A stretch of DNA of 61,382 bases from an uncultured Spirochaetales bacterium (GCA_964605195.1 CAZSBC010000001.1:1-61382); one strand, 5' to 3'. Shown: positions 36,664 through 45,150, counted from the first letter of the stretch. The notes: a model not told the origin generated them from the sequence alone. Made by a program: numbers and translations.

Positions 36664-37491
36664 CTACCCCATCATGCGCATAGTGCCCTTGTAGAATGAG
36701 ATATCGGTCAGCATGATCATGGCACCCTCTTTCTTGTCCAGATCCCCGGTGATCTGCTCAATGCCCTCAATGATCTCCTGCTGCCGCTCCTCAGGGATCA
36801 TTGCCATGATGGTCTTGCTGTGATTTTTACGCTCATTCATGAAACCTATGAACGAGGCAAAGAGGGGGATGTTCGAGATATACTCCCCCATACCGGAAGA
36901 TTCCATTACCGTGGCACCGTCAATGCCCTCCTGGATGAAGTACTCCATCAGGTGGTAGAGCATCTCCTCGAGATAGAGGACGATGATCATCAGTTTCATG
37001 CTTCGTTTCTGCGAGTTGTCATCGGTTGTCTGCTGCAGATACCTGAGGAATGTTTCATACAGAACACCGGGAGACTGCGCATTGACAAGCTCCCTCTTGA
37101 GATTACCGATGCCCAGCGTCCGTGAGATACCTGCGAGGACCTGCACATGTTCGGTCACCTTCTCCTCGGGAGCAATTATGAGGAAGAAGAGACGAACCCT
37201 CTTTTTATCCAGGGAGTCAAATTCAACCCCATGCCGGGCAACGGCAATGAGGACAAACATATCCTTCAGTCCCGCCAGCCTGATATGGGGCAGGGCCACG
37301 CCGTCACCGAACCCGGTGGATCCCTCTGCCTCCCGTTGAATCAGCAGCCTGTAGATCTCATCGACTGTGTATGTTCCTATTTCCCTGTTGCGGACAGCAA
37401 GAGCAGCAAGTTCATGGAGCACATCCTGCTTTGTCCTGCTCTGCAGGGAGACTGAACAGCAATTCTTATCCAGTATCTCGAATATTTTCAT
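36664..37491 (-). CDS. Fusion protein: N-terminal PTS EIIA type-2 (EIIA-Ntr-like) domain plus a C-terminal PII-like domain
   Basis: The EIIA-2 active-site region is GFGDGVALPHIRL. The C-terminal ~110 aa follow the beta-alpha-beta-(loop)-beta-alpha-beta pattern of GlnB/PII proteins (KLMIIVL..GIDGATVMESSGMG..loop..KTIMAMIPEE..GAMIMLTDI). The ATG overlaps the antiporter stop (ATGA, 37488-37491). Confidence 0.7.
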   Translation of the reverse strand: MKIFEILDKNCCSVSLQSRTKQDVLHELAALAVRNREIGTYTVDEIYRLLIQREAEGSTGFGDGVALPHIRLAGLKDMFVLIAVARHGVEFDSLDKKRVRLFFLIIAPEEKVTEHVQVLAGISRTLGIGNLKRELVNAQSPGVLYETFLRYLQQTTDDNSQKRSMKLMIIVLYLEEMLYHLMEYFIQEGIDGATVMESSGMGEYISNIPLFASFIGFMNERKNHSKTIMAMIPEERQQEIIEGIEQITGDLDKKEGAMIMLTDISFYKGTMRMMG

Positions 37492-38738
37492 AACGAAGTA
37501 TCCTCCATTGCCCTGGTAATCGCAAGCTTGGAGAGCATCGGACCTACAAGCTCATTGACAAAGACTGACATGAGAACGATATTCACCATCAGAATGATCC
37601 TGTCGCCGTACAGGTCAGAGAGATCGGCTATCATGGGAGATGCCTGGATGAGCAGCACCAGTCCGATGGCTACTCCAGCCTGTGGGATCATGCAGAGTCC
37701 CAGATATTTCTTCAGCGGAGGCTCGACCTTGCTTATGACTGCCCCACCCCAGACACCGATATACTTACCAATTGCCCTGGTCACAATAAATCCCAGGCCC
37801 ACCAGCAAGATATCGGCATGTATGAAGATATTCGGGTCAAGCTCTGTCCCGGCAATAACGAAGAAGAGGGCGTAAATCGGCGGGGTCAGCGGCTGGATAA
37901 TCTTGAACAGGCGATGGTTGCGGGGGGAGGCGTTGATCAGCAGCGTGCCGGCAGCCATGTTCGACATCAGCGGAGAGAGTTCGAATATCGAGGCAACAGA
38001 TGTCTCAATGAAGAGTATCCCGAGTGTTATCAGGAGGATTTCATTGGCACTTTTCTTGCGTCGGGTCAAGATATGGATGAGGAATCCTGCCAGGAGCCCG
38101 ACAAGGATGGAGAAGAATATCTCCGAGAAGGCATGCAGTATCAGGATACCTGCTCCGTGTGATACGGGGTTCAGCATCCCTACCGCCAGGGCAAAGACAA
38201 TCCCGAAGACCGCTACTGCCCCGGCATCGTCCAGTGCCACCAGGCCATAGAGATGGTCCACGAACCTGCCATGGGCCCGCAGGGACTGAACGATTGCTAC
38301 CGTGGCTGCCGGGGCTGTTGCAGTAGAGATTGCACCAAGCAGCAGGGCAAAGGGGAGCTCAAGCTTCAGCAGCCACATGGTCAGTGTCACAACAATGAAG
38401 GTCAGGGCGACCTGCGTTATCGTCATGATCACTATCGCCCTTCCCATTGCCTTGAGCTTTGCGGAGTAGAACTCACCGCCGATAGTCACCGCAATCAGTC
38501 CCAGAGCAAGATCGGTAACGAACTTCAGCGATTCTCCCATTTCATGATGTACAACCCCGGTCACGGCATCACCGAGCAGCAGTCCGGCTATGATGTACCC
38601 CGTTATCTCCGGCAGTTTGATCCTGATGACCAATCTTCCTATGGCATACCCGAAGATCAGCAGTGTACCAACGGTAAAGAGCGCACTCTCTGAGAGGATG
38701 TCACGAAGATGGATCAGTTGACTCAGCACAGTATCCAT
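37488..38738 (-). CDS. Cation:proton antiporter (CPA2/Kef-type membrane domain, no KTN/RCK domain)
   Basis: 416 aa with about 12-13 TM segments and Na+/H+-exchanger-family composition. A GAGGAG RBS is present. Confidence 0.8.
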   Translation of the reverse strand: MDTVLSQLIHLRDILSESALFTVGTLLIFGYAIGRLVIRIKLPEITGYIIAGLLLGDAVTGVVHHEMGESLKFVTDLALGLIAVTIGGEFYSAKLKAMGRAIVIMTITQVALTFIVVTLTMWLLKLELPFALLLGAISTATAPAATVAIVQSLRAHGRFVDHLYGLVALDDAGAVAVFGIVFALAVGMLNPVSHGAGILILHAFSEIFFSILVGLLAGFLIHILTRRKKSANEILLITLGILFIETSVASIFELSPLMSNMAAGTLLINASPRNHRLFKIIQPLTPPIYALFFVIAGTELDPNIFIHADILLVGLGFIVTRAIGKYIGVWGGAVISKVEPPLKKYLGLCMIPQAGVAIGLVLLIQASPMIADLSDLYGDRIILMVNIVLMSVFVNELVGPMLSKLAITRAMEDTSL

Positions 38739-38756
38739 ACGGCAATTCTCCTCTCT

Positions 38757-39638
38757 TCAACCAAAATATGATTCCGGCAGGGTCAGTTTTGCTCCGGTGT
38801 CAAATACGGCTCCCGGTTCATCTCTCAGCCGGTAGACATGCTCACGCAGATGTCTTGCCCAGAGCCAGTCGGAATAGGTATCGGTAAAGGTCTCCCCGGG
38901 AATCGGTGTTCCGAAAATCATATCAAGGGTAACATGACGCTGCTTGACCATCTCATTGACGAGGTACAGCATCTCAATATTGCTCCGTATCTTCAATTTG
39001 CGCCTGATATTGGCAAGATTATAGAAAAAGTTTGAATTCCTGCCGCCGGAAAAGGCGGGCACCACTTTCCTGCCACTGTTCCGGGCCATCTTGATGAAGC
39101 TCTTGTTCCATTCGAGATCATAGATTCCGTAAGAGAGTTTCCTTGAGCACACACCGGCTGGAAAGATGATCAGCGGGTCATCTCCGGCAACTACCCTATC
39201 AATCTGACTCTTGTAGGCCCTGTTGGAACCGTGCTTGTTGACCGGAACAAACATGCTGCGCAGGTTTGTGATATTCATCAGGAAATCATTGACAAGCAGT
39301 TTCACGCTGCCAAGCTGCCGACCAACCACGGTAAGCATGGCTATCCCGTCAAGGCCACCGAGCGGGTGGTTGGAGACAATAATGGGGCGATCTTCGGCCT
39401 TGAGGCGCTCGATACCCGTGATATTGAAATGCAGATCGAGATACTGTATACCGGCTTCAGCGAATACCATCCCCTCATCTGCGTGGTGCTTCCTCAGAAA
39501 TTCGTTGATCTCGCCCACATGCAGGATCCTGTTGAGATAGGAGAGTAGGAAGCCGGGCATCCTGCGCGCCAGGGTTGGATTTTTATCGGCAATCACTGCC
39601 TTGAGATCTATCTGCTTCACCATACCCAAACAATACAT
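38757..39638 (-). CDS. Lysophospholipid/glycerol-type acyltransferase (PlsC family)
   Basis: It has the HX4D motif (VSNHPLGGLDG) and a FPAG motif. The start is ATG 39638 or ATG 39623. Confidence 0.7.
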   Translation of the reverse strand: MYCLGMVKQIDLKAVIADKNPTLARRMPGFLLSYLNRILHVGEINEFLRKHHADEGMVFAEAGIQYLDLHFNITGIERLKAEDRPIIVSNHPLGGLDGIAMLTVVGRQLGSVKLLVNDFLMNITNLRSMFVPVNKHGSNRAYKSQIDRVVAGDDPLIIFPAGVCSRKLSYGIYDLEWNKSFIKMARNSGRKVVPAFSGGRNSNFFYNLANIRRKLKIRSNIEMLYLVNEMVKQRHVTLDMIFGTPIPGETFTDTYSDWLWARHLREHVYRLRDEPGAVFDTGAKLTLPESYFG

Positions 39639-39720
39639 TGAGACGAAGAATCAATCAACCGGTATTGTGGTGAAAAACTGGTGGGACGGCACGCCCATGA
39701 TTCACCGTTCCCGGTAGCTG

Positions 39721-39729
39721 TGCTATGAT
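39721..39729 (+). promoter_or_regulatory. Extended -10 element TGCTATGAT, 6 nt upstream of ATG 39736
   Basis: Read directly from the sequence. There is no SD sequence, which implies a leaderless transcript. Confidence 0.45.
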
Positions 39730-39735
39730 AGAACC

Positions 39736-40341
39736 ATGCAAGTGAGTCTTCGGGAGCGCAAGAGACAGTTACGGAAGCTGACAACAGACCGGTTACGGCA
39801 GATCTCTGCTGCCGAGAAAGAGCGCGGCAGCAGGGAGCTTACCGCCCTCCTGACAGCCGATGAGTGCTGGCTGCATGCCAATACCGTGCTGCTTTTCCAT
39901 GCTATGCGCAGCATTGAGCCAGACACCACATATCTGATTGAAGCAGCATTGCAGGTCGGTAAGATAACGGCTCTTCCAAGAATAGTGGAGGGGCAGCTGC
40001 AATTCCGCCAAATCTCCCGGCCTCCCGCTGCCGATTCCCCTGAAATGGAACGACACCCCATGGGATTCTACGAACCGATAGCGACACTGCCGCCGGTTCC
40101 CGGCGAAACCGGTTACGGCACAATCCTCGGAATCATTCCGGGAGCTGCTTTCACCGTGGAGGGGCATCGCCTCGGGCGGGGCGGTGGCTACTACGACCGC
40201 TTTCTCGCCCTTCATCCTGGAATCTTCCGTATCGGCATCTGTTTTTCCCTGCAGCTCGTCTCGCAGCTGCCGATGGAAGGGCATGATGAACCTCTCGATG
40301 CGGTATGTACTGAATTGAATCTCTACCGGAGAACGGTATAG
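39736..40341 (+). CDS. 5-formyltetrahydrofolate cyclo-ligase
   Basis: 201 aa. The N-terminus is KRQLRK....R. The motif GHRLGRGGGYYDR is typical of the family. Confidence 0.85.
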   Translation: MQVSLRERKRQLRKLTTDRLRQISAAEKERGSRELTALLTADECWLHANTVLLFHAMRSIEPDTTYLIEAALQVGKITALPRIVEGQLQFRQISRPPAADSPEMERHPMGFYEPIATLPPVPGETGYGTILGIIPGAAFTVEGHRLGRGGGYYDRFLALHPGIFRIGICFSLQLVSQLPMEGHDEPLDAVCTELNLYRRTV

Positions 40342-40350
40342 CGGACAGGA

Positions 40351-40887
40351 TCAGATTATCTTGGCGTTCATAAATTCGGCAAAATGCTGTGTTGCCATCA
40401 TCTGGAGGAATCTGAGACAGGAGACATTCTCCTCATGTGAGAAGTCGAGGTCGGTATGCCGTATCAGTTCATCCCTGATATCGGTCATCTTCACGAAACG
40501 CATGATTGCGGCAAGGGCACGGAGATACTCTATCTGACGAAAGGGGGAGCTGCCGATAACAAAGAGCAGGTGCACGGGGTTGCCGTCGGCAGAGTTGAAC
40601 TCAATGCCTTCGGCTGATATTCCCAATCCCACTTTCACGCTGCCAATCGATTTCAGTTTACCGTGAGCTATCGCCACCCCCCTGCCGATACCGGTGGTCT
40701 CAATCTTCTCACGTCTGATGACAGCCTCAATGAACCCAGGCATGTCTTCCAGATCCTGAAAAATCGAACAGTGCGTGACAACATCTCTGATAGCTTCAAA
40801 CTTGTCCGCCCTCCGGAGACAGCAGAGTACTTCGGAGAACGAATATCCAAAATCATTCACCATCCCAGTATACAGTGAAGCCATCAC
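40351..40887 (-). CDS. PTS EIIA type-2 domain protein (PtsN-like regulator)
   Basis: The active-site region is GIGRGVAIAHGKL, in a 178-aa product. It lies 21 nt downstream of nfnB on the same strand. Confidence 0.75.
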   Translation of the reverse strand: MMASLYTGMVNDFGYSFSEVLCCLRRADKFEAIRDVVTHCSIFQDLEDMPGFIEAVIRREKIETTGIGRGVAIAHGKLKSIGSVKVGLGISAEGIEFNSADGNPVHLLFVIGSSPFRQIEYLRALAAIMRFVKMTDIRDELIRHTDLDFSHEENVSCLRFLQMMATQHFAEFMNAKII

Positions 40888-40908
40888 TAAGGCAACAACC
40901 CGTACATC

Positions 40909-42390
40909 CTACCGGGATGCCAGGTATTTGTTGATTGAATCAGCCGCCTTGCGGCCCTGCCCCATGGCCAGAATCACCGTAGCAGCTCCCAGTACAATAT
41001 CACCTCCGGCGTAGATACCTTCCATGGAGGTCCTGAGTTCCTCATCAACAATGATGTTACCCCACTTGTTTGTATCAAGCCCCTTTGTGGTCTTCTCCAG
41101 CAGCGGATTTGAGTCATTGCCTATGGAGACGATGACAGTGTCGACATCGATGATGGATTCACTTCCTTCGATGGGTACCGGGCGCCGCCTGCCGGAATCA
41201 TCCGGCTCTCCGAGTTCGTAAGAGAGCAGCTCCATTCCGATCACTTCATCCTTCTCATTCCCGAGAATTCTCTTAGGGTTGTGAAGCAGTCTGAAAATGA
41301 TCCCCTCTTCCTTGGCATGTTCGACCTCTTCCACTCTGGCCGGCATCTCCTTCTCGGTACGCCGGTAGACTACATAGACCGTATCGGCTCCGAGACGCTT
41401 GGCGGTACGAGCGGCATCCATTGCCACATTTCCGCCTCCCAGAACGGCCACAGTCCGTGAATTGAACATCGGTGTGGCAGCTTTCTCGACATCATACGCC
41501 TTCATCATGTTGGATCGGGTAAGATACTCATTGGCGCTGAATACCCCGATGAGATTCTCGCCTTCGATGTGCATGAACTTTGGAAGCCCGGCACCGCTAC
41601 CGATAAAGACGGCATCAAAACCGTCCTTGTCGATGAGGTCCCGCAGTTTCCTGGTCCTTCCGACGAGGAAGTTGGGCGAGATGGTTACTCCCATATGCTG
41701 CAGGTTCTCAATCTCCTGCCGCACAATTGCCTTTGGGAGCCTGAACTCGGGAATACCATACACCATTACCCCGCCGGGCAGATGAAAGGCCTCGAAGATC
41801 GTGACCTGATGTCCGGCCTTGCGAAGGTCGGCAGCAGCGGTGATGCCTGCCGGTCCCGAACCGACCACGGCAACCTTCTTGCCCGTCTCGGCAGCGATCT
41901 CCGGCATGACCGCCTCGCCGTGTTCCCGTTCGTAGTCGGCGACATAACGCTCTACCCGCCCGATGGATACAGCTTTGCCGATATCCTTCAGGGACTTGCC
42001 GACAGTACAGTAGAGCTGGCACTGGCTCTCCTGCGGGCAGACCCGTCCGCAGATTGCAGGCAGAAGGCTGCTCTCCTTTATAACTGCTACCGAAGCGGCA
42101 AAGTCTCCCTTGGCCGCATAATCTATGAAGCGGGGAATGTCAATCTCGACGGGACAGCCCTTGATGCACGGGGCATTCCTGCACTGCAGGCAACGCATGG
42201 ATTCCAGAATAACCTGCTCCCGGCTGTATCCGAGAGCCACTTCCTCCATATTTCCTATCCGCTCCTGCGGATCCTGGGCAGGCATCTCCTGCAGCGGGAT
42301 GCGCAACCTGTCTTTCGGCTTCAGGTTGTCGGGATCGATACTTTTCAGCAGCTCTTCTGCTTCCCTCTGTAGTTCATTACTGTCATGCAT
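40909..42390 (-). CDS. nfnB: NADPH-dependent glutamate-synthase-small-chain-like oxidoreductase (NfnB/SudA-type)
   Basis: It has N-terminal Fe-S cysteine clusters (CLQCRNAPCIKGCP; CGRVCPQESQC) and two Rossmann motifs (VVGSGPAG, VLGGGNVAMD). Confidence 0.85.
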   Translation of the reverse strand: MHDSNELQREAEELLKSIDPDNLKPKDRLRIPLQEMPAQDPQERIGNMEEVALGYSREQVILESMRCLQCRNAPCIKGCPVEIDIPRFIDYAAKGDFAASVAVIKESSLLPAICGRVCPQESQCQLYCTVGKSLKDIGKAVSIGRVERYVADYEREHGEAVMPEIAAETGKKVAVVGSGPAGITAAADLRKAGHQVTIFEAFHLPGGVMVYGIPEFRLPKAIVRQEIENLQHMGVTISPNFLVGRTRKLRDLIDKDGFDAVFIGSGAGLPKFMHIEGENLIGVFSANEYLTRSNMMKAYDVEKAATPMFNSRTVAVLGGGNVAMDAARTAKRLGADTVYVVYRRTEKEMPARVEEVEHAKEEGIIFRLLHNPKRILGNEKDEVIGMELLSYELGEPDDSGRRRPVPIEGSESIIDVDTVIVSIGNDSNPLLEKTTKGLDTNKWGNIIVDEELRTSMEGIYAGGDIVLGAATVILAMGQGRKAADSINKYLASR

Positions 42391-43244
42391 CAGTTCTTAC
42401 CTTCCTTTTCCTCAATGGCCAAATCCAGATGGCAGATGTGGTGATCATGATTCTCACGACTCTTGTAGGTTCCGAGCCTGCGCATCATATTGTCAAAATC
42501 CACCAGATGTCCGTCAAATTCGGGACCGTCAACACAGACGAACTTGGTCTCACCGCCGACGCTGACCCGGCAACCACCGCACATCCCGGTACCGTCGATC
42601 ATGATGGTGTTGAGGGAGACCACGGTATGGATGCCGAAGGGGCGGGTCGTCTCGGCACAGAACTTCATCATGATCGGAGGTCCTATGGCAACAACCATAT
42701 CAGGTTTCCAGGTCTCGCACAGCTCCTTCAGGGGTTCGGTAACCAGCGCCTTGCGTCCGTAGGAGCCGTCATCGGTGCAGACAATCAGTTTATCGGCTAT
42801 CGATGCCATTTCCTCCTCCATGATAAGCAGCTGCCGGTTACGGGCTCCGATGATTGTCCGGATCTCATTCCCTGCTGCTTTCAATCCCTGGGCAATCGGA
42901 TGCAGCGGGGCAACTCCGATACCGCCGCCGACACAGACTACCCTGCCGAAATTCTCGATATGGGTCGGTTGTCCCAGCGGTCCGAGAACATTGGTGATAT
43001 GATCGCCGGATTCAAATGCTGCCAGTCTGTGAGTGGTATTCCCGACTGTCTGAAAGATAATGGTTATGGTGCCCCGCTCGGCATCGGCATCAGCGATGGT
43101 CAGGGGTATTCTCTCACCGAAATTGGTATCAATCTGAATGATGACAAACTGTCCCGGTCTCCGTTCTTCCGCTATGAGGGGAGCTTCCAGCTCCATCCGG
43201 AAGACATCTTCGGAAAGCTGCTGCTTTGATATGATTTTCTTCAT
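42390..43244 (-). CDS. nfnA: Ferredoxin-NADP reductase-like subunit with a C-terminal 2Fe-2S site (NfnA/SudB/PyrK-type)
   Basis: It has an FAD-binding RPGQFV motif, GGGIGVAP, and a C-terminal CGGCRV...C cluster. ATG 43244 has a GGAGG RBS. The stop shares 1 nt with the nfnB ATG. The ORF-track start at 43316 is an extension. Confidence 0.85.
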   Translation of the reverse strand: MKKIISKQQLSEDVFRMELEAPLIAEERRPGQFVIIQIDTNFGERIPLTIADADAERGTITIIFQTVGNTTHRLAAFESGDHITNVLGPLGQPTHIENFGRVVCVGGGIGVAPLHPIAQGLKAAGNEIRTIIGARNRQLLIMEEEMASIADKLIVCTDDGSYGRKALVTEPLKELCETWKPDMVVAIGPPIMMKFCAETTRPFGIHTVVSLNTIMIDGTGMCGGCRVSVGGETKFVCVDGPEFDGHLVDFDNMMRRLGTYKSRENHDHHICHLDLAIEEKEGKN

Positions 43245-43310
43245 CTGGACCTCCATCCAAGATATTGTAACTGTGATTGGGATTGCAGCGCATAGGCGTA
43301 CACTCATCTG

Positions 43311-43326
43311 TTGCACATATGTGCAA
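43311..43326. promoter_or_regulatory. Perfect 16-bp palindrome TTGCACATATGTGCAA (5-6-5, CRP/FNR-like geometry); candidate regulator binding site
   Basis: All 8 base pairs were verified by hand. It lies in the divergent nfnA / HPr intergenic region. Confidence 0.55.
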
Positions 43327-43403
43327 AATACGAGAGACTAATGCTGTATGACAATTCTCACGGCATTTTCTCTTTTTAGGCTCTGGAAGTCAAGGGCCGT
43401 ATT

Positions 43404-43412
43404 TGCTATATT
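43404..43412 (+). promoter_or_regulatory. Extended -10 element TGCTATATT, 5 nt upstream of ATG 43418
   Basis: Read directly from the sequence. There is no SD sequence before the HPr start codon. Confidence 0.4.
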
Positions 43413-43417
43413 GAGCT

Positions 43418-43693
43418 ATGATTTCCAGAACGGCTACCATTAAGAATCGCAACGGCATCCATGTACGTCCGTCAAAAGTTATCGCCGCTGCTGTGGCTGA
43501 TTACAGCGGAACGATCACAGTGCGGAAGAGCGGATATACCATTGACACGGTCAATGCCATGAACCTGCTTTCAATGGCCCTTATCGAGGATGACACCATC
43601 GAGATAACGGTTGCCGGGGAGCAGGAGGCGATGGTGGCGGACAACCTGGTGCATCTCTTCGAGACCAGGTTTGATTTTCCGCCGCAGAACTGA
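43418..43693 (+). CDS. ptsH: Phosphocarrier protein HPr/NPr-like
   Basis: 91 aa. The motif NRNGIHVRPS places the active-site His at position 15. By manual alignment there is no Ser at the position equivalent to Ser46 (sequence VNAMNLL). Confidence 0.85.
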   Translation: MISRTATIKNRNGIHVRPSKVIAAAVADYSGTITVRKSGYTIDTVNAMNLLSMALIEDDTIEITVAGEQEAMVADNLVHLFETRFDFPPQN

Positions 43694-43741
43694 TCGGTCG
43701 TTCTGCCGGAAGCCATGCATCAATGAAACTGGAGGTTATCC

Positions 43742-44086
43742 ATGATTATTCGACAGGATTCGATGAAAAGCGAGAGGAGAGAACAGATGCGGGGAGGTGC
43801 CGGGTCGGTAGCAATAACCCATATTGTCGACAAGGATGCCATTCGCCATGCCCGTCTCTTCTCCCGGATAACTCTCGGAGCTGGAGATGAAATCGGTCCG
43901 CACGTACATGAACAGGAGACCGAGTACTACTATATCATCAGCGGTGAGGGAGTTGTTACCGAAGACGATGGTGAACACATCGTTTCAGCCGGTGATGTGG
44001 TGGTGACCGGGAACGGTGCTTCCCACAGTATCAGGAACAACGGTTCTGTACCGCTTATCTTTGTTGCCCTGATCATCCTGGAATGA
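43742..44086 (+). CDS. Cupin-domain protein
   Basis: 114 aa. It has the cupin motifs GPHVHEQETEYYYIISGEG and GASHSIRN. A GGAGG RBS is present. Confidence 0.75.
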   Translation: MIIRQDSMKSERREQMRGGAGSVAITHIVDKDAIRHARLFSRITLGAGDEIGPHVHEQETEYYYIISGEGVVTEDDGEHIVSAGDVVVTGNGASHSIRNNGSVPLIFVALIILE

Positions 44087-44673
44087 GCTGCGCAGTGTCA
44101 ACAGCCCGCACCATCCGATCAGTATGTGTGTTCTGCTCCTCAAGTGACACCACAAGAGCCGAAATCAGGGCGACTGCCGCTGACCTTGGTACCTGTATCG
44201 GTAGGCGGGATATGCGGCTCGTCTACGGCGGAAGTGATATGGGACTCATGGGCATCACGGCCCGCGCTGCCCTCGCCGCCGGCGCTGAAGTGCTAGGTAT
44301 CATACCCAGGAGACTTGCTGACAAGGTCCGATCCCTTGATATCACCGAAGAGATCATCGTGGAGACGATGCATGAACGAAAAGCTGCCATGTTCGCTGAA
44401 TCCGATGTTTTCATAGCCCTTCCCGGGGGTATCGGGACTCTGGAGGAGACCATGGAGATGCTGACCTGGTTGCAGCTCGGGTACAGCAGCAAACCGGTTG
44501 GCATTCTCAATGCCGATGGCTATTATGATCTGCTGCTGCAGTTCCTTGATTCCATGGTTGCAGAACAGACTCTCAAGCCCTTTCACCGTGAGATAATCCA
44601 GGTAGCCAGTCAGGCCGAAACGTTGCTGGACACCCTTACCGCAGCAGGAGTATCCTACCGGGACAAATGGTGA
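44083..44673 (+). CDS. LOG-family nucleotide N-ribohydrolase (TIGR00730 type)
   Basis: It has the motifs VYGGSDMGLMG and PGGIGTLEE. The ATGA overlaps the cupin gene. Confidence 0.85.
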   Translation: MSCAVSTARTIRSVCVFCSSSDTTRAEIRATAADLGTCIGRRDMRLVYGGSDMGLMGITARAALAAGAEVLGIIPRRLADKVRSLDITEEIIVETMHERKAAMFAESDVFIALPGGIGTLEETMEMLTWLQLGYSSKPVGILNADGYYDLLLQFLDSMVAEQTLKPFHREIIQVASQAETLLDTLTAAGVSYRDKW

Positions 44674-44694
44674 TACCAAATAATAAGGTGGATA

Positions 44695-45150
44695 ATGATG
44701 AAGAGAGTGGTAATTGCAAATGATCACGGTGCGGTTGAGCTGAAAATGGAGATCGTCGCCCACTTGGAAAAACGCGGCTATGCCGTCATCGATATGGGAG
44801 TCGGTGCCGATGAAGCTGCCGATTACCCCGACAAGGCCGTGGAGGCCTGCCGTGAGTACCTTTCGGGTGGTTATGAGTTTGGAATTCTCTGCTGCGGTAC
44901 CGGGATAGGTATATCAATCACTGCCAACAAGGTGGACGGGATCCGATGTGCCTTGCCTCAGAACAGCTTTGCCGCAACCATGGCAAAAGAGCACAACAAT
45001 GCCAATTTTATCGCCTTCGGGGGAAGAATTGCCTACACTGACCCGGTCAGCGATATGCTTGATGCCTTCATAGATGCGGGGTTTGAGGATGGCAGCCGGC
45101 ATGCCCGCAGGGTCGCCAAGATCATGGATGCGGAACAGTTAGAGCGCTGA
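44695..45150 (+). CDS. rpiB: Ribose-5-phosphate isomerase B
   Basis: 151 aa. It has the motifs IANDHGAVELK and CGTGIGISITANK. An AAGGTGG RBS is present. Confidence 0.9.
   Translation: MMKRVVIANDHGAVELKMEIVAHLEKRGYAVIDMGVGADEAADYPDKAVEACREYLSGGYEFGILCCGTGIGISITANKVDGIRCALPQNSFAATMAKEHNNANFIAFGGRIAYTDPVSDMLDAFIDAGFEDGSRHARRVAKIMDAEQLER

Noticed and set aside
41569-43229. Two long plus-strand ORFs (267 aa and 266 aa) antisense to nfnB and nfnA
   Set aside because: They lie opposite genes with unambiguous Fe-S, FAD and NAD motifs. Their products are Gly/Leu/Asp-rich without motifs. They are shadow ORFs.
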